Assembly (NCBI GenBank): GCA_012295275.1 | Contig: CM022679.1 | Coordinates: 25,730,001-25,794,000, forward strand | From: Chrysomallon squamiferum | Lineage: Eukaryota; Animalia; Mollusca | Reading direction: 5' to 3' | DNA: 64,000 bases | Shown: one piece after another, positions 1 through 14,800 of the stretch | Numbering within the stretch: position 1 is the stretch's first letter | How the letters are laid out: each line of letters opens with the position of its first letter | Translations under genes and position numbers: made by a program | The notes under the pieces: generated by a model | Seen by the model: only the letters and a program-made list of their open reading frames with translations | Databases searched by the model: none | Told to the model about the DNA's origin: nothing

Positions 1-432
1 GTCTGCAGTCTATCTGTAAATGGAAAATGTCAGAGATTCAGCTGAACTTCTTCAGCACCCAGCATAATCATTTGTTTCACTAAATATATATAAACAATAT
101 TAAGGCTTCAGAGGTTTACTTCTCTTGTTTAGAATTAAAATACTAAAACGGGACTGGCACCCGGGCTATCTTAAGGAACCAGGACAGTAATGGTATGTCT
201 GTATTGGTTACGTGTTTGTGATGTTATTAGTGTGGCTGAGTGAAATATAGTTCAAAAGAAAAGAGAGAATGTCTGGAAAGAGAGAATTCTGTACATTAAT
301 TTTAGCACCGTCTATAATATTATGCTATCATCATTAGTTAAAAAATGCAATCGAGATCGAATTTGTGTAGTTTTTGTGTCAAGATACTTTAAAAATCTTT
401 AAGCATCTGGCTTCATATATATGTACACATAC

Positions 433-482
<50 letters not shown>

Positions 483-3400
483 CCAGATGCTTAAATATAT
501 TGATTTTGCATTTACGCTTGTATCATATTATAAGGCTAGGTCCTTATATTCAGAAATCTAAAATGCTTCAGCTCGAAGTATTTCGGATAATGGAAGAGCC
601 TATTCAACCTGTCTTAATATTGTTAATAAAAATAGTTTTTCTTTAAAGATTTAGCTGTAGTTGTAATACATTATGATGTAATAAAATAGCGGAAACGTTT
701 TTCTCTTTTTCATATCTCCAAGTCGCTGGCTACTGTTGTTAGGAGTTGCTTATAAACAAATCTTTTCAGTATAATTGCTATTATTTGTTTCCCGGAGAAA
801 TATGTATACAAAGACCTTTTACACATTTACTATGAATTGAACACAAGTAGTGTTCGGTTCTCGGGAACTGCTACCTTTTTAACCAAAAAATATATTCGAC
901 AACGAATATATTATATATAACATGAAACATTCTGCAAAATTTTGCAAACCCTTCAAACGTAATAGTAATTATGTTAGTTGTATTCCTATTATTAAGGGTT
1001 TTATTATTTTTTTTATTTTTAAGTTAGTTGTTATTCCGTTGTATTCTTCATTCTTATTTAGCAGATTTTAATTAGTCAGCTTAACAGAATATCCTTTTTA
1101 TCATGTATATTAAAATAATATAAAAATAATGCCAAAAATGCGGATTTACGTTTGTCAGTCTCATTGTTGTTTCTTTCTTCTTTTCTTTTTTTCTGTTACT
1201 GTTATCGTTGTGTTTTGTTTTCGCCTGAGAAGTGCTAACAGAAAGTCTGTGCTGTAACTATTCTAAGTGATCATTGTTACCTGATTTATTTATGTAGGCC
1301 AATTGATTTATCAAAATATATAAATATTGCAGTAGTCTTCAAAGGTCACCTTATTATTTTTGTCTCATTCTTACCTAGGAGTTGTCAGGGGCGACTAATA
1401 AACAAAACGGTTCAGCACAACTTTTATTATTTCCCGAAGAAATATGGTAAACTAGTATAATATAGCAATTTAACTGCTACTTGTTCAGAACGACGTATAT
1501 GATATTAACAACAACAACAACAACAACAACAAAATTTGGTGTTGGTATTATTGAAAATATCTGTCATTTAATATTATTTAGAAACATAAGCCTAACACAT
1601 AAAATACATTAATATCTATAGCTCTCAAATTTGGATTTTTTGATTATGGACTCAATACTGTCCGTTCAATTTCAGCTCACGAATTGTTGTTTATTCGTTA
1701 AATCAGAAAGGAGCAACTGCACCATAATATTACATGTATTATACACGCATGTACGTAGTGGCAAGATATGATGACTAGATAAACTTCTATTGTTTCGGAC
1801 ACTGAATTTACTTCGGTAAATACATGTAAATTATACATAGTTAAACGTTATTTCTTTTTTGCTTATTTAGATCTTAAAAGAACATTTTGAAAACAGTTTT
1901 CATATTAAACATAATAAATAAATTGTCATTAATCATTCTACTACGATCTATTTATTAATACACAATATACAACTGTAGTAATGCTTTTGATCGTTGAATG
2001 CATTTTCATCATTTTAGGATGGTTACTAATAAACTGATAATTAATTTGTTATTTCTTCCGTTTTTTTTGTTTTTTTTCACCAAACAGCTGGACTCGATTT
2101 CCAAACGTTTCTGTCAATAGAGGAAGCACGTGACTCATCACATCTTTTTATTATTATTATTACAGTATGCTAGCAACTATTCACTGTGTAACAAAAGATC
2201 ACATACACCCTGGAGTGTTATTTCATTTTGTTTATTTCATACCTCAGAATTCTAGGTTAAGTGTCCAATACACATGCGCATTAATGTGTACAGTACCACG
2301 TTCGTATATCGTTTAGTGAGAAATGATGTAACGAAATATCGCTGTAGTAAAACTATATTTCTGCTGCTTTATATATTATGGTAAACATAGTAAATACAAT
2401 ACTCACAATGAAATATTAATTCCATGAATCATGCACAGCAATCAAGTCGTCTCCAAAGAAAACAACAAAACAACAACAACAACAACAACATAATTAACTA
2501 TTATTTTCAGACAAGCAAAATAAATAACTTTTAAAATTTATGAAAACATATTATTTAAAAAATAATAAAAATTCAAATAAAATAAAATAAAATAAAATAC
2601 TGCTAAGACATAATACAAATATAAAATATAATGTGAAATCTCTCTCTCTTTCTACTAAATTGTATTCGCATTATCGATGAATAGCAGACTGATGACCTGA
2701 TCATGAGAAGGAAAAATTGATTGGTTTCACAAATGAATGTTAGTATAAACAGTCTCATGTTACTTGTTTTGTATATCTCAAAACAGCTTCAGAACAACAA
2801 ACTGAAGCAAAATAGTCAGTAGAATGTTTGTCGTAGACATAAGCTACAAGATTACATATATGTAAATTGATCTTGCTTTTCGAATCAACCTGTTTCCTAC
2901 GATTTATCAGTTATTCAATTGCTCCAGCGAAGCTTGTCGTCCCACAAAGACCAGTCAAACGCCAGCTTCACTTCATTATGAACATAGACAAACTCAAAGA
3001 CAGCGTCAAAATTTCAAAATCATATTCATCAAGTTATACGTTTTATAAACTCTTACAGTGTTACTCAATCTGGAGAGTTTATTATTATCACAGTTTTTAA
3101 TTTGATGGGTTTTTTAAATTATTTTATTTTATTATGATTTTTTTCATTAAATAGTTTCTTTCATCAGTTTAAAAAGGCATTTTCATATTATTTTGTTTAT
3201 CGGACATAAACTGAGTAACATCAGGGATCACGCGGGGGAGGGGGCAACATGGAAGAAATGCTCACCTTACTTTCAACCCATGGCGAAGTTCTAAGGACTG
3301 AATAAATAAATAATGCTGCCGACATTTCTGGTTTCAACGCCACAAAGAAACTGAAAAAAAAAGAAAAGATTATTAATAGAACTTTGTTTTTGTGGGAGAC

Positions 3401-3918
3401 TCACTAGAACATTTTAATTACAATAAACACAGATCTCCTTTTTAATTACGAACGAGTGCTAGAATCACTGATGTAGAAGGTGATCGTTTGAACAACGGAA
3501 TTAATAGTTGCAAAAATGTATGGTTTTCCTGTTGAAATTAAATGATGACAATAAATAGGTTTTATAAACTTGTATTCAAAGTAAATTAACTGAGATGGAT
3601 ATGTTAAATAACTGACCATAATTACATTACAGTAAAGATTATAATGTACAAATCTACGCAACAGGGAGCCCGATGCTCGAGGAATCAAACTGCAAGGAAC
3701 TGTAAATAAACATAAGAATAAAACTTTTCTCAAATAGCCTCTTATTGCACGAGTCTGTATAAACCATTTCGTTAAAGGCCCTGTTTTCATTAGATGTTTA
3801 ATTTCATGCTCATAGAAAGGTTTGGTCATTTTTTACTGTCTTATTTAACCTTCAAAAAGCTCACTTTTCCCTCTTTTTCTTGTTACATAGTTAAAGAATT
3901 TTGTACTTTACTTCTATT

Positions 3919-3949
<31 letters not shown>

Positions 3950-6900
3950 TTATTATTATTATTTGAAATAGGTCTAACAAACTTGTCGAAAGATGACAGT
4001 CTGTAAAATTCTTGTTCTTGAAGAACAGAAGAGGGCAGTGTCTGGAATTTCAACAAAAGCCATTTTGCCGTACGCTGGCTTTGTGTATTGCCGAGATATT
4101 GTACAAATGATGAAAACTGCCAAAATCATGAACTTCTACAGTGAAAACTAAGAAACATTTTGAAAAACAGGATTAACAAAAGTAGACCGTCGTTATTAAA
4201 CTCTTGATCACAATGTCTATATGACAAATCCCATTTTATTTTTTAAATGTGTGTTAATATAGTTCTAGTTCTTTATTTATTTATTTATATAAGGATATTA
4301 TATAGAGTTTGATAAACTGGTGATATGTCAGTAAACTACATAGATTGAAACATAATTTTTTCCCTCTCTATTGATTTATTTATTTTAGAATATTTTATGC
4401 AAAATCTGAAATTATATTTTCACAGTAAGAATTGTCAACCTTAACCTTCAAACTTATGATTTTTCCGTTGTCACTCAACTTACGACTAATATTATAATTA
4501 TACTACAATGTTGTTTTAATTTTGTTTTTCTCTCCCAACACAGCAAAAGTTAAGCAAGCAGTCAAACAGTTCCTATATACTGAGTTCACTGAACAATTAG
4601 ATACATAAAAAAGTAATAATAAAAAATAATAAAAATATATAACAAATAAATAAATAAAATAAAATATATAAATTAGAATGGATACTTTGATGTTCATACC
4701 ATTCTGGGAAAATTAACTTCGGGTTTTGCAATGCATCTTTATTTTTTTGTGCTGATTTCTTAAGTAATTGTCAACCCACAAGCAGCAGAAAAGATAATAC
4801 AAGAAGCCAATCAGAAAAATTACTCATCAACTACAGGCTTATGCAAAATTTAGAAGAAATAATTTAAAACTTTAAACATTTTAAAATCTCTATGTTCTTG
4901 AATTTTATTCTTAATGAATTATTTATAATAATAATTCTGCCTTAATATCTGAATACGTCAGTATGAGTTATTCCTCTTAGCCAATTTTATAAGGATTTAC
5001 TGATGATGGATTATTTTTTATTTGTTTAATTTTCTTTCTTTCTTTATTTATGTATTTATTTCTTTATTTATGTGTTTATTTCTTGACTGTTTTATGGCAG
5101 AAGTAGCAGCAGCAGCAGTGGTAGTAGTGGTGGTAGTAGTCGTTAGTTTAATTTTGTAAAACAAAGCTATTTAGAAGTTGTATGTTATAACAGAGAAGGA
5201 AGTAATCTCGCGGTATTTTATATCAATGGGCCTTTTAGGCCTAGATGTTTTTTTTTGGTTGTTTATTTTTTTAATATTTATTTACTTGTTTATTTGTTTT
5301 TAAAAAGAATAATCTTCTTCTTCTTCTTCTTCTTCTTCTTTAGACTGTAGTATCACATTAAGTATAGGAATAGAATTTTATAAAAGTGAAGTGAAGTAAT
5401 TATTTTTTATATTATTTATTGTTATGTAATACAACATCAGTAATATTTTTGATCCTTGAATGCGTTTTAATCTTTTGGATAGTTACTAATGGATAGTTAC
5501 TAAACTAATTGGCAAAACAAAATTTGTTATTTCTTCTATACCTTTTTTCTCTTCTTTTATTATTATTATTATTATTCAGAGCTATCAACTATTTCACAAT
5601 GCCAGGTTGACTATCCTATACACATGCGCATTCAAGTATACGGTATCACGTTCGCATGTCGTTTAGTGAGAAATGATCTAACGAAATATTACTGGACAGC
5701 ATTTAAATTTCTGCAGTCTGTATTGAGGTAAAATGCCGTAAATACAGTACTCATATTGGTAAATTATTAATTCATGAGTCATGTGTTCCAGTCAGGATGG
5801 CCACTCTTGACAAAAATATTTAAGAGCACACAACAAAACATATCTAAGGAAATGTTAAACAAATGTTCAGACTTAAGAAAGTATTTATTAAAATAATTAA
5901 ATAAATAATAAATTATAAATAAAAAAAAGTAAATAATAGTACAAAGATGAAATATAATACGAAATCTCTCTACTAAATTATGTTCACATTTTCGATGTAT
6001 TGGAGACTGACAACATTAACATGTGTCGGGAAAATTTGACTGAATTGGCAAATGAATGTTAGTTTAAAGTGTTTCGTATTTCTTTTTAATGTCTGAAATT
6101 GCTACAGAACAACAAATTGTTGAAAGGTATTCAGTAAAACGCTTGTCGAGACATACACTACAGGATTAACTGAAACTGTCTGAACTACTTAGGTTTGGCA
6201 GGTCACCCTGTTTCATACGACTGGCGAAGCTTGTCGTCCCAGAAACATCAAGCGCTCGATGTAGCTGTCAAACACCAACTTAACTTCATAATGTACACAG
6301 ACAAACTCAAAGACAAAGTGTCAAAACTAAAAAATAATATTTATTTATAAAACATGCGTTTAATCTATTAAAGTGTCATTCAGTATCGAGCGTTTATCAT
6401 CACAGTTTTAATTTTCATTATGTTGTTGTATTTTCATCAAATAGTTTCTTTCAGTAGATTAGAAAGCGTTCTTGTATTTTATTTATCAGACATAAACTAT
6501 GTTATATAGGTTAAAAGTCAAAATAACTTGGCTATGATAAAAACAATTGTATTTTGATGCATTCAGTTTTAATTTTTCTGAAACGCCGGGCAAACGATAA
6601 ACAGGCCATGTAAATATGAATATGATGTCTGTTCTTTTGATAAAGAACTTTCAATACTGATTCAGATTTTCCTTTTAAAGACTTATTTATTTAATTTTTA
6701 TGTCAAGATATTTCATACGAAGTTGTACATTTATCTGTTATATACTTAAAATAACCTACTAAAATGATCTACTGTTTCTCATTTTTAATAATAATGATCA
6801 TTATAAAAACAAGATTTAAAGAAATAAAACAAAATCGGTGGTATTAAAACATCAACATATCAGCAATACCTTCAGATGCTTAACAGATCCATAATGAAAA

Positions 6901-7356
6901 TATTTGAGTATTGCAATTATAAATCACTGTGGAAGTATATATTTTTATTTGCTATTAGCTTACATTACTGAGTTAGTTTCAATATTTTATTTATCATGAA
7001 TTGTTATATTTGTCAATTTTTATTTTCATTAGTTTTTTATACCGACAATTTATTTTTTAAATTTCATCCTATTTGTTAACTTCAGCTTAATAAGTAAATT
7101 TTTTACTCCTGTAAAGTTAGTTAAATTTGTATATATTAAATTGATTATTGTTCTTGGTGACTTATCATTATTATCATTACTTGGAAATATTAAAACGTTT
7201 CCATCAGAAACTGCATGTTAATTCTTTTTATTTTCTGTTGCAAACCACATGCAATCTCTTTTTGAATCCCTGATATAAGTGGCTTCAAAATAAAAGTTTG
7301 GTGCATGTAATAATTCATACTTTCAATAGACTCATTAACTAAACAAAACAAAACAA

Positions 7357-7387
<31 letters not shown>

Positions 7388-7920
7388 GATATAAAATTAT
7401 CTTTCGATTTAGTCTTTATATATATAAAACAAAAACTATGAAATATGTATTGGTTTCGTGTTTAGACTTGGATCACACGCTCACACTATCGCCTTATAAT
7501 CTGGAACAAACACTCATGTCTTTGTACTGCTGTGTAAGTTATGGGTACGCTGATTTTCGGCTACGTCACGTGTGTTGAGTGTTACACGAGTTATTTGTGC
7601 AGATTCAAAGGTTTAGCACAATATATAAATCTTGAATAGCCTTAACAGGTCACTTTTTGTGGCTGTCTCTTTCATACCTCGGAGCAGTTGTAATGAAGCG
7701 ATCGTTAAGCATGATGATTCACCGCAGATTTTACCGTGTTTTACTTTTCCCTGAGAAACTCGTCTACAAAGAGCTATTATTCATGGAAAACAGTAGTAGC
7801 GATTCCTGGGAACTGCTACTTGTTGAGAGCAACGTATACGTGACACATAATAATTACAAGATATTAAGTGCTTTATTAAAATATATAAATGTTGCTGTAG
7901 TTATTAATTATTTAATATCT

Positions 7921-7955
<35 letters not shown>

Positions 7956-8750
7956 TTATATTATATTTTTCTTTTTCATTTTATAATAATTTTAAAAATT
8001 CAATTGTTGGGCTATTTATATCTTATTTTATCTTATTTAGATTTTTAAATATATCTATATGTATATATTCCTTTGTGTTTGCGTATGAGAGAGTGAGAGA
8101 GAGAAAGGAGTTACTTTAAAACTGATAATCAGAAACATTAACACAGCATTTATAGACCACACAAAAATAAATGTTGATGTGTGTGTATGTATGTGTATAT
8201 AAAACATTTTTATATGAGTAAATGTTTCATCCAGTGCTCTTTCTAGCAATCTGAACACTGATTAAATTTTAATAAATTTACCAGCTGAGAAGACAAAGAG
8301 AACAAAATTATTAGATAACAAACTTCGAATTTATGTATTAAACACATTCTTGATTGCATGGTTTGAATTATTAGTGTTGGTATTATAACAACCATTTATT
8401 GAGCCTAAAACAAAAAAACATTAATATGTAGAGGTTGAAAATTTTGATTGTATGATTGATTATGCATATAACGCTGTCCATTTCATTTCAGCTCACAAAT
8501 TGTTGTTTATTCGTTAAATCAGAAAGGAACAAACGCACCATAATATCACATGTATTATACACGTATGTACGGAGTGGCAAGATATGATGTCTATATAAGT
8601 TTCTATTGTTTTGGACACTAAATATATCTAAATTATATATTGTTTAAAGTTACTTCTTTCTGTTTTTATTTTTTTGTTTTTTTAATTTTTGTTTTTATGT
8701 TATTTTAATATATTATTACAATTAGATTTTATTTCATTTTTTCTTTATTA

Positions 8751-9508
8751 CCGTATATACTTGTGTACAAGGCGACCGTATGTATAAGTCGAATTGTATT
8801 TTAAGACCAAAATTGCGTCATTTTAGGTATTACTTGTGTATAAGTCGATCTGTAGATTTCAGGCACCGTCACTATTTTTAGACCAGTGTGACAGTGCCAT
8901 GAAGGCCTACATTGTACACCTACTGTAACATAACTTGCACAAACTGTAACTTGCACGAATATACCATAATAACGTAAATGCTTGTATTACACGAGCTATA
9001 GCCTAAATGTATCATAAATAGTATCTCTTTAATGTAATAGGTCTAACATGGAGACGTAACTTACCGTTATATTTAGCCATTCTATGATTTACAAAATTTG
9101 TCGGTAGTGGATATTAATGACGATTGCAATATTATTTCACCAAATTTTACAATTAAACAAGTGAGTTTTGTTTATGAAATTAGTACCGATATTTAGTGCA
9201 ATTTGGCAGAGAAGTCTGCATTCCTAGATCATTGCAAGACGCCGTAAGGCATAACGCCGTACCGACGGTTTTCTCGCTTTAAAATGTATTTTTATGTCAT
9301 TAAACGGAAGAATATCGTGTTTTACCTTCATATTTGGTTACGATAAAATTATATTTTTGAAAAATGAAAGACCGCGATTATTTTAGATGCATCCCGTAGC
9401 AAAAATAGTCAAAATGGCGACTCTTCAGCAACAGCTACAAAAGCATTACCTGTGTATAAGTCGACCCCCAAAATATTACCTTAATATAGTCTCCACAAGT
9501 ATATACGG
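8751..9508. mobile_element. Tc1/mariner/pogo-type MITE
   Basis: TIRs CCGTATATACTTGTG ... CACAAGTATATACGG, TA on both sides, repeated GTATAAGTCGA subterminal motifs, no ORF. Confidence 0.85.
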
Positions 9509-9711
9509 TAGTTTTCTCTGTAGCTGGAAAAATTTCCAAACTTGCTGTCAATAGAATATGCATGTGACTCATCACATTCGTTTATTCTATTATTATTATT
9601 ATTATTATTATTATTAGCGAATGTTACCAACTATTCACTGTATAACAACAGATCAGATGCATCCTGAATGTTATTTCATTTTGTTTATTTCATACCTCAG
9701 AATTCCATGTT

Positions 9712-10175
9712 AGTAGTTGCCCGGTCGATTTTTTTGTTTTGTGTTGAAGAAAATCCTGAGTTAAGAGCGAGTTTCGCAGCTATGCTGCTGCCATTGGCAA
9801 CGAACAACATAACATCCGGCCAGCATCCTGTGTCAGTCGTTTACTTTGGTTAATCAGTCATTATGCATGTCTGTTGTGTTGTGGGTCGCGTTTTGTGCAG
9901 TACTTTGCTAAAAACATTTTTTTCTGAAGTCTTGGATCCTAAGAAAGTGGAGTACAAAGGAATAAGTGCTGTGAAAGCATGGATGATGTCCATTCTGATT
10001 CATAGAAAGAAAACATGAGAGAGATTATGCATAACTGAAAACATAGGGGTCGATAAAACATAAACTCAATGAAAGGAATTAAAATATCAATTGTCTGATC
10101 TCGAAGATGTAATCTTTTAAAACCAGTTTATTTCTTTACATTCTCTTTTTATTTTATTTTTTAAAATTACATGAA
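9712..10175 (+). mobile_element. Truncated Tigger/pogo non-autonomous element fragment
   Basis: Homologous to the interior of the 14863-15605 element (GGATCCTAAGAAAGTG, CAACATAACATCCGGCC); TIRs absent. Confidence 0.8.
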
Positions 10176-11330
10176 ACTAAGTTATTTTTTAAGTCAAGAT
10201 GAACCTGTTTTCCCTAAAGTAGTTATTAGTTATCCCTGAAAATCATCCTCAAAGACCAAACCTCCATAAAACCAGTCAAACAACAACCACATATAATGTA
10301 TCTAATCAGACTCTAAAACAAAGTGTCAAAAATTTTAAAATCATATTCATCATGACATGTTTTTAAAACTATCACAGATTCTAATTAGTCTCAGTTGTTA
10401 TTATCATCATATTTTTAATTTTTATTTTTGTTTTTTTATTTTATATTTATTATGATTAGTTTTTCTATTAGTTTCTTTCACAAGTTTAAAAGTTTTCATA
10501 TTATTTTATTTATTGGACATAAACTGCACCAGGGATCATAGAGAGTGGGGGGAACGCGGGAAAGACTCTCGCCGTCAGAACTAAACTTCACCTTATTTTT
10601 AACTTAAGAGTTCCAAATTGCTCATTTTCTCATTTTTCATTTAATTAATTAATTAGTTTATTTATTTATTTATATTTTATTATTTATTATTATTATTATT
10701 ATATATATTTTAAATTCAGCTTATTACAGCTATTCCCTCACATTTTCAATTAGTGTTGTCCAATTGGGATGGATAATGTTATCTTAGTAATATGCAGACA
10801 ATAGAGTTATTCACATATGACTTATGGAGTTATATATATTTTTGGAAATGCTTAGAACAAAAGACAACAAAAGTGCCCAGAATGGGTAGATTTAATGTGA
10901 AATAATAAAATGTAAAATAAATCTGGATTTATAAAATGTTTGATATTAATTGAAATCTTAGTCTAAAGATATCAAAATTATCTGTTTATCTTATATTCTC
11001 CATCAGCGTTAGGAGCTGTTTTACTTGTTCTACAACAGAGTTCATACGACTGAATTACATTTCCATCCTTTAACTTGAAAGTATTGATATACAAAGCATA
11101 GAACCAATTTAACATGTTATATCCAAACTACTTAATTAAGAATGAATTGCATTCAAATGAAATACTGAAACCACTATAATCTGCCTAGATAAAAACAGAA
11201 TTATTTTAACAATAAAAGAAAAAGGTAACGGAGAAATGTGTTGACAGGGAAGGTCTATTTCTTCTCGATGAATTATGTTCTACAATTATAATGTTTTATC
11301 TACCAAGCTCTAAGATTAGTTATGACGTTT

Positions 11331-11530
11331 NNNNNNNNNNNNNNNNNNNNNNNNNNNNNNNNNNNNNNNNNNNNNNNNNNNNNNNNNNNNNNNNNNNNNN
11401 NNNNNNNNNNNNNNNNNNNNNNNNNNNNNNNNNNNNNNNNNNNNNNNNNNNNNNNNNNNNNNNNNNNNNNNNNNNNNNNNNNNNNNNNNNNNNNNNNNNN
11501 NNNNNNNNNNNNNNNNNNNNNNNNNNNNNN
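11331..11530. other. Assembly gap (200 N)
   Basis: Run of N bases. Confidence 1.
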
Positions 11531-11655
11531 AAGAGTGTATACATCTAACTCAGATCTTATCAAGGGATGAATCTGGGAAAAAATAACAATATCTACAAAT
11601 TAAATGCTTGAAATCTGTGCATTTTGATGCTTCTGTGTATAAATTTGTGAAAGAT

Positions 11656-11685
11656 ATGAGCTGGCAAAATCAGGATTTTCATTTC
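11656..11685 (+). CDS. TRPM: TRPM putative exon 1 (MSWQNQDFHF)
   Basis: ATG followed by a phase-0 GTAAAG donor that fits exon 2; the true start could lie in or beyond the gap. Confidence 0.4.
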
Positions 11686-11759
11686 GTAAAGGGATCTATA
11701 ACATACAAATATCTGAGAGTTATTTTTCCAAGATATTTTTTGGGCCAGTACCTTACAAA

Positions 11760-11811
<52 letters not shown>

Positions 11812-14800
11812 GGCATCAGCAATGTGCAGCTTGTTGCAAGGACCGAATCAGTTGAAAATTGTTGTGATTTCCCAGATTAAGGAAGACACTGCAAAGTTTA
11901 TTACTTCAAATTTTAAACAAACAGAATGCAGTAAATATGCCAAAATGGATAAATCAAAGAGGTAAAGCAAATACTTTTTGATCATGTAATTTAGTTACAT
12001 TTTTTATTAAGTGTTCAAGTTATTTATTAAAAATGTTTCTTTTGAATAATTCAGACATAAAATACACACCAGTTTAACGTAGATACTGTTAGAGTAATTT
12101 TATATCTTTTCAAATACTTTTTCTTTTGTCATGTTTTTACATTAATCTGTATCATTGACCGCTTGTTATATTATTTCTTCAAAATGTGTGTTTTCTTTGA
12201 TTGAATAAACTGAAATTTTATTTATTATGAAAATGAATATTATTTGAATACTTATTTATTTATTTTTTGTTGTTGTTATTAGTAATAGTATTAATTTATT
12301 TTTGTATGATATTTTAAAATAATTATCTAGACTTTTAATATTATTCAGTAATAATTTCTATTTAAAGTGATGATTGTCAGTGTGGACGTAGGATTGAGTG
12401 GCATGAAGACAAAGGAATAGACGTCACTACAGAACATACAAAATGGAAGCCAGAAACACACACCAAGATAGTCCCATGTGATTCATTTGGAGAAATCAAT
12501 TTCGAGGGTTTTGATGATCATGAACAAAATTCTCCTGTACCTGTAAATATTACAGTTTTGTTTGCTGAATTTGAATTTTACTAAAACGAAAAAAAAAAAA
12601 CAGAATAATAATAATGAATTTTATTGGTTTTTCATGGACATATGCATTTACAATTTATTCATGAAGCTATTATTTTGTAAATAATATTAATCAGTTTTGT
12701 TTGATGATTTTAAAATTGTACTGATATCAGAAAAATAGTAAGATATATTTTGATGATTGGACAGAATTTTTGTTTTTTAATGTATTCAGGAATGCATGCA
12801 CAGCAAAACCACTGACTAAAATAATTTGAAATTCAATCATAATATTTTTATCTTTGTATGTGTATGTGTGTGTGTGTTTATATAGTTATATTATTCTAAT
12901 TATAACTATTACTATAATTATTATTATTATTAATTAATTAATTTATTTAGATTGTTTTGGAGTTGTTACTTGTATAACTATTTCTTACTACAGTATGTAA
13001 GACTTCACAGTGAAGCTAATCTAGAGAAAGTCTGGGAACTCTTAATGAATTACTGGAATCTCCCTGTTCCAAAACTTCTCATCTCAGTTACTGGTGGTGC
13101 CAAAGTACCAAATGCCAAATGCCAAATTCGCCAAAAGTCAGAAATGAAGGACATTTTTAAAAGAGCACTAGGTCATGCTGCCACTATTACTGGTTTGTAC
13201 ATAGACACATACACAAGTTTAAAACAGCTTCATTTTTATTTTAAACATTTTTACCTTTCTTGTGAAAGTTTGAATTATTGAAAGTCACTAGAATTTATAT
13301 CTACTTTATTTTTATTTTTAATATTTTTACCTTTGTAATAATAGCATGAATGTAATAGTAGTAACATTTTTCATTTGTTTTTAACACAATGAAAGACAGT
13401 TTTAATCAGCTGTATTCTTTCTGTTTTATTTTATTTACTGTTTTATTTTTCTAAGGGGTTTAAATATACAGAGATATTTACTCTGTTATTTATTTCTATT
13501 GTACATTTGTCTATCTCTTATTTATTTTTTATTATTATTATTTTTTTTATTTTTTTATTATTTTTTTATTTTTTATTTTTTATTTTTTAAATTTGTAGGA
13601 GCTTGGATTATTACAGGAGGTACAGGAACAGGAATTATGAAGATGGTTGGAGAAGCTGTGAATGAATATATATCTCCTAGAAAACAAAATGAAAACATTG
13701 TGACTCTTGGTATAGCGACATGGGGAATAGTTTCCAACAGAGAAGCTTTAAAGTCAGAAGGGGTAGGTTTCAACTTGATATACTTGTACTTGCATAATTA
13801 TATGTACACTGGTAAACTTCAGACTATACTTTTGAACTGATATAACTTTAACAAGTTAATAAATAAAATGGAAAATTAGAGCACAGAGTTCAAAGAGTTA
13901 ATACTTGTAATTTTATAAGTGGGCTAGAGATTTAATTTTCTAACTGTTCTGTTTAAGAAATTAAGATAATCTATTTTTAAAAATTCAGAATTCAAATAAA
14001 AACTGAATTATCAGCTTATATACATATTTGTGTAGTCTGTTAGTATATAACATCTGTGTTAAGATTTTTGTATATTTTCAAGAAAATTCTCTCTCTCTGT
14101 TTTTCTGTTTCTATTTTGCACACTTTGTTTTGGTTTTTTTTTTTATTATTATGATTTGAATAAAATATAATAATATATCAGGATAAAGGACTCTTCTCTG
14201 CAACATATGACATTGAAGATACCAAGAAGGATGCTAAAGGTGCCCCATTAGATCACCATCATTCCCACTTCATACTTGTTGACAATGGAACAGAAAATAT
14301 ATATGGTGGTGAAATAGAATTCAGAGCAAAGCTTGAAGAATATATATCCCAAAAATCAGGTAATGTTAAAACCAGACTTTCTCAGAATAAGAGTAAGAAC
14401 CCAAGACATTTTATAAATGTTTAGTGGAATGTGAATATTTGAAAAAAATAAATGGCAGTTTCATAGAGAAGGTGAACATGAATGTACAATAATATGTGTA
14501 TGTTATTAATGGTGTATGTGTACTGATGTGTACAAATAATATGAGAAGTTTGTATCTGAAGCAGTATTGTGCTTTTTATGAAATTATTTGTTTACTTTGC
14601 TTGTGTATATGCTTTATTGCAAATAGTTACAGTTATTAATTATTAATTATTAGTTACAGTTACTCTAAAAAAAATGAAAAAATAAAAAATAAGTTTGTGT
14701 ATGTATGGATGTATGTATACAGACACTATTTTTTTTTGCTTTATGTATGGATGTATATGTATATGCATGTATGTGTATGTGTGATTATTTGATTTTCATA

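Larger units (their letters stand above)
1..11330 (+). repeat. Left arm of large inverted duplication (partner 43360-58919)
   Basis: Position 1 onward is the reverse complement of the sequence ending at 58919, and 11281-11330 is the reverse complement of about 43360-43410. The ORF track shows mirrored ORFs (3446-3829 vs 50922-51305, 4503-4697 vs 50060-50254). The arm ends exactly at the N gap. Confidence 0.97.

Noticed and set aside
3446-3829. 127-aa ORF conserved with 50922-51305
   Set aside because: Conservation only reflects the near-identical inverted duplication; no recognisable domain.
7657-7986. ORF containing MENSSSDSWELL (mirror at 46655-47095) as a first coding exon
   Set aside because: Paralogous copies of the module do not keep the frame or the ATG, and there is no convincing donor or homology.
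11291-11570. ORFs across the N run
   Set aside because: Artefacts of the gap.
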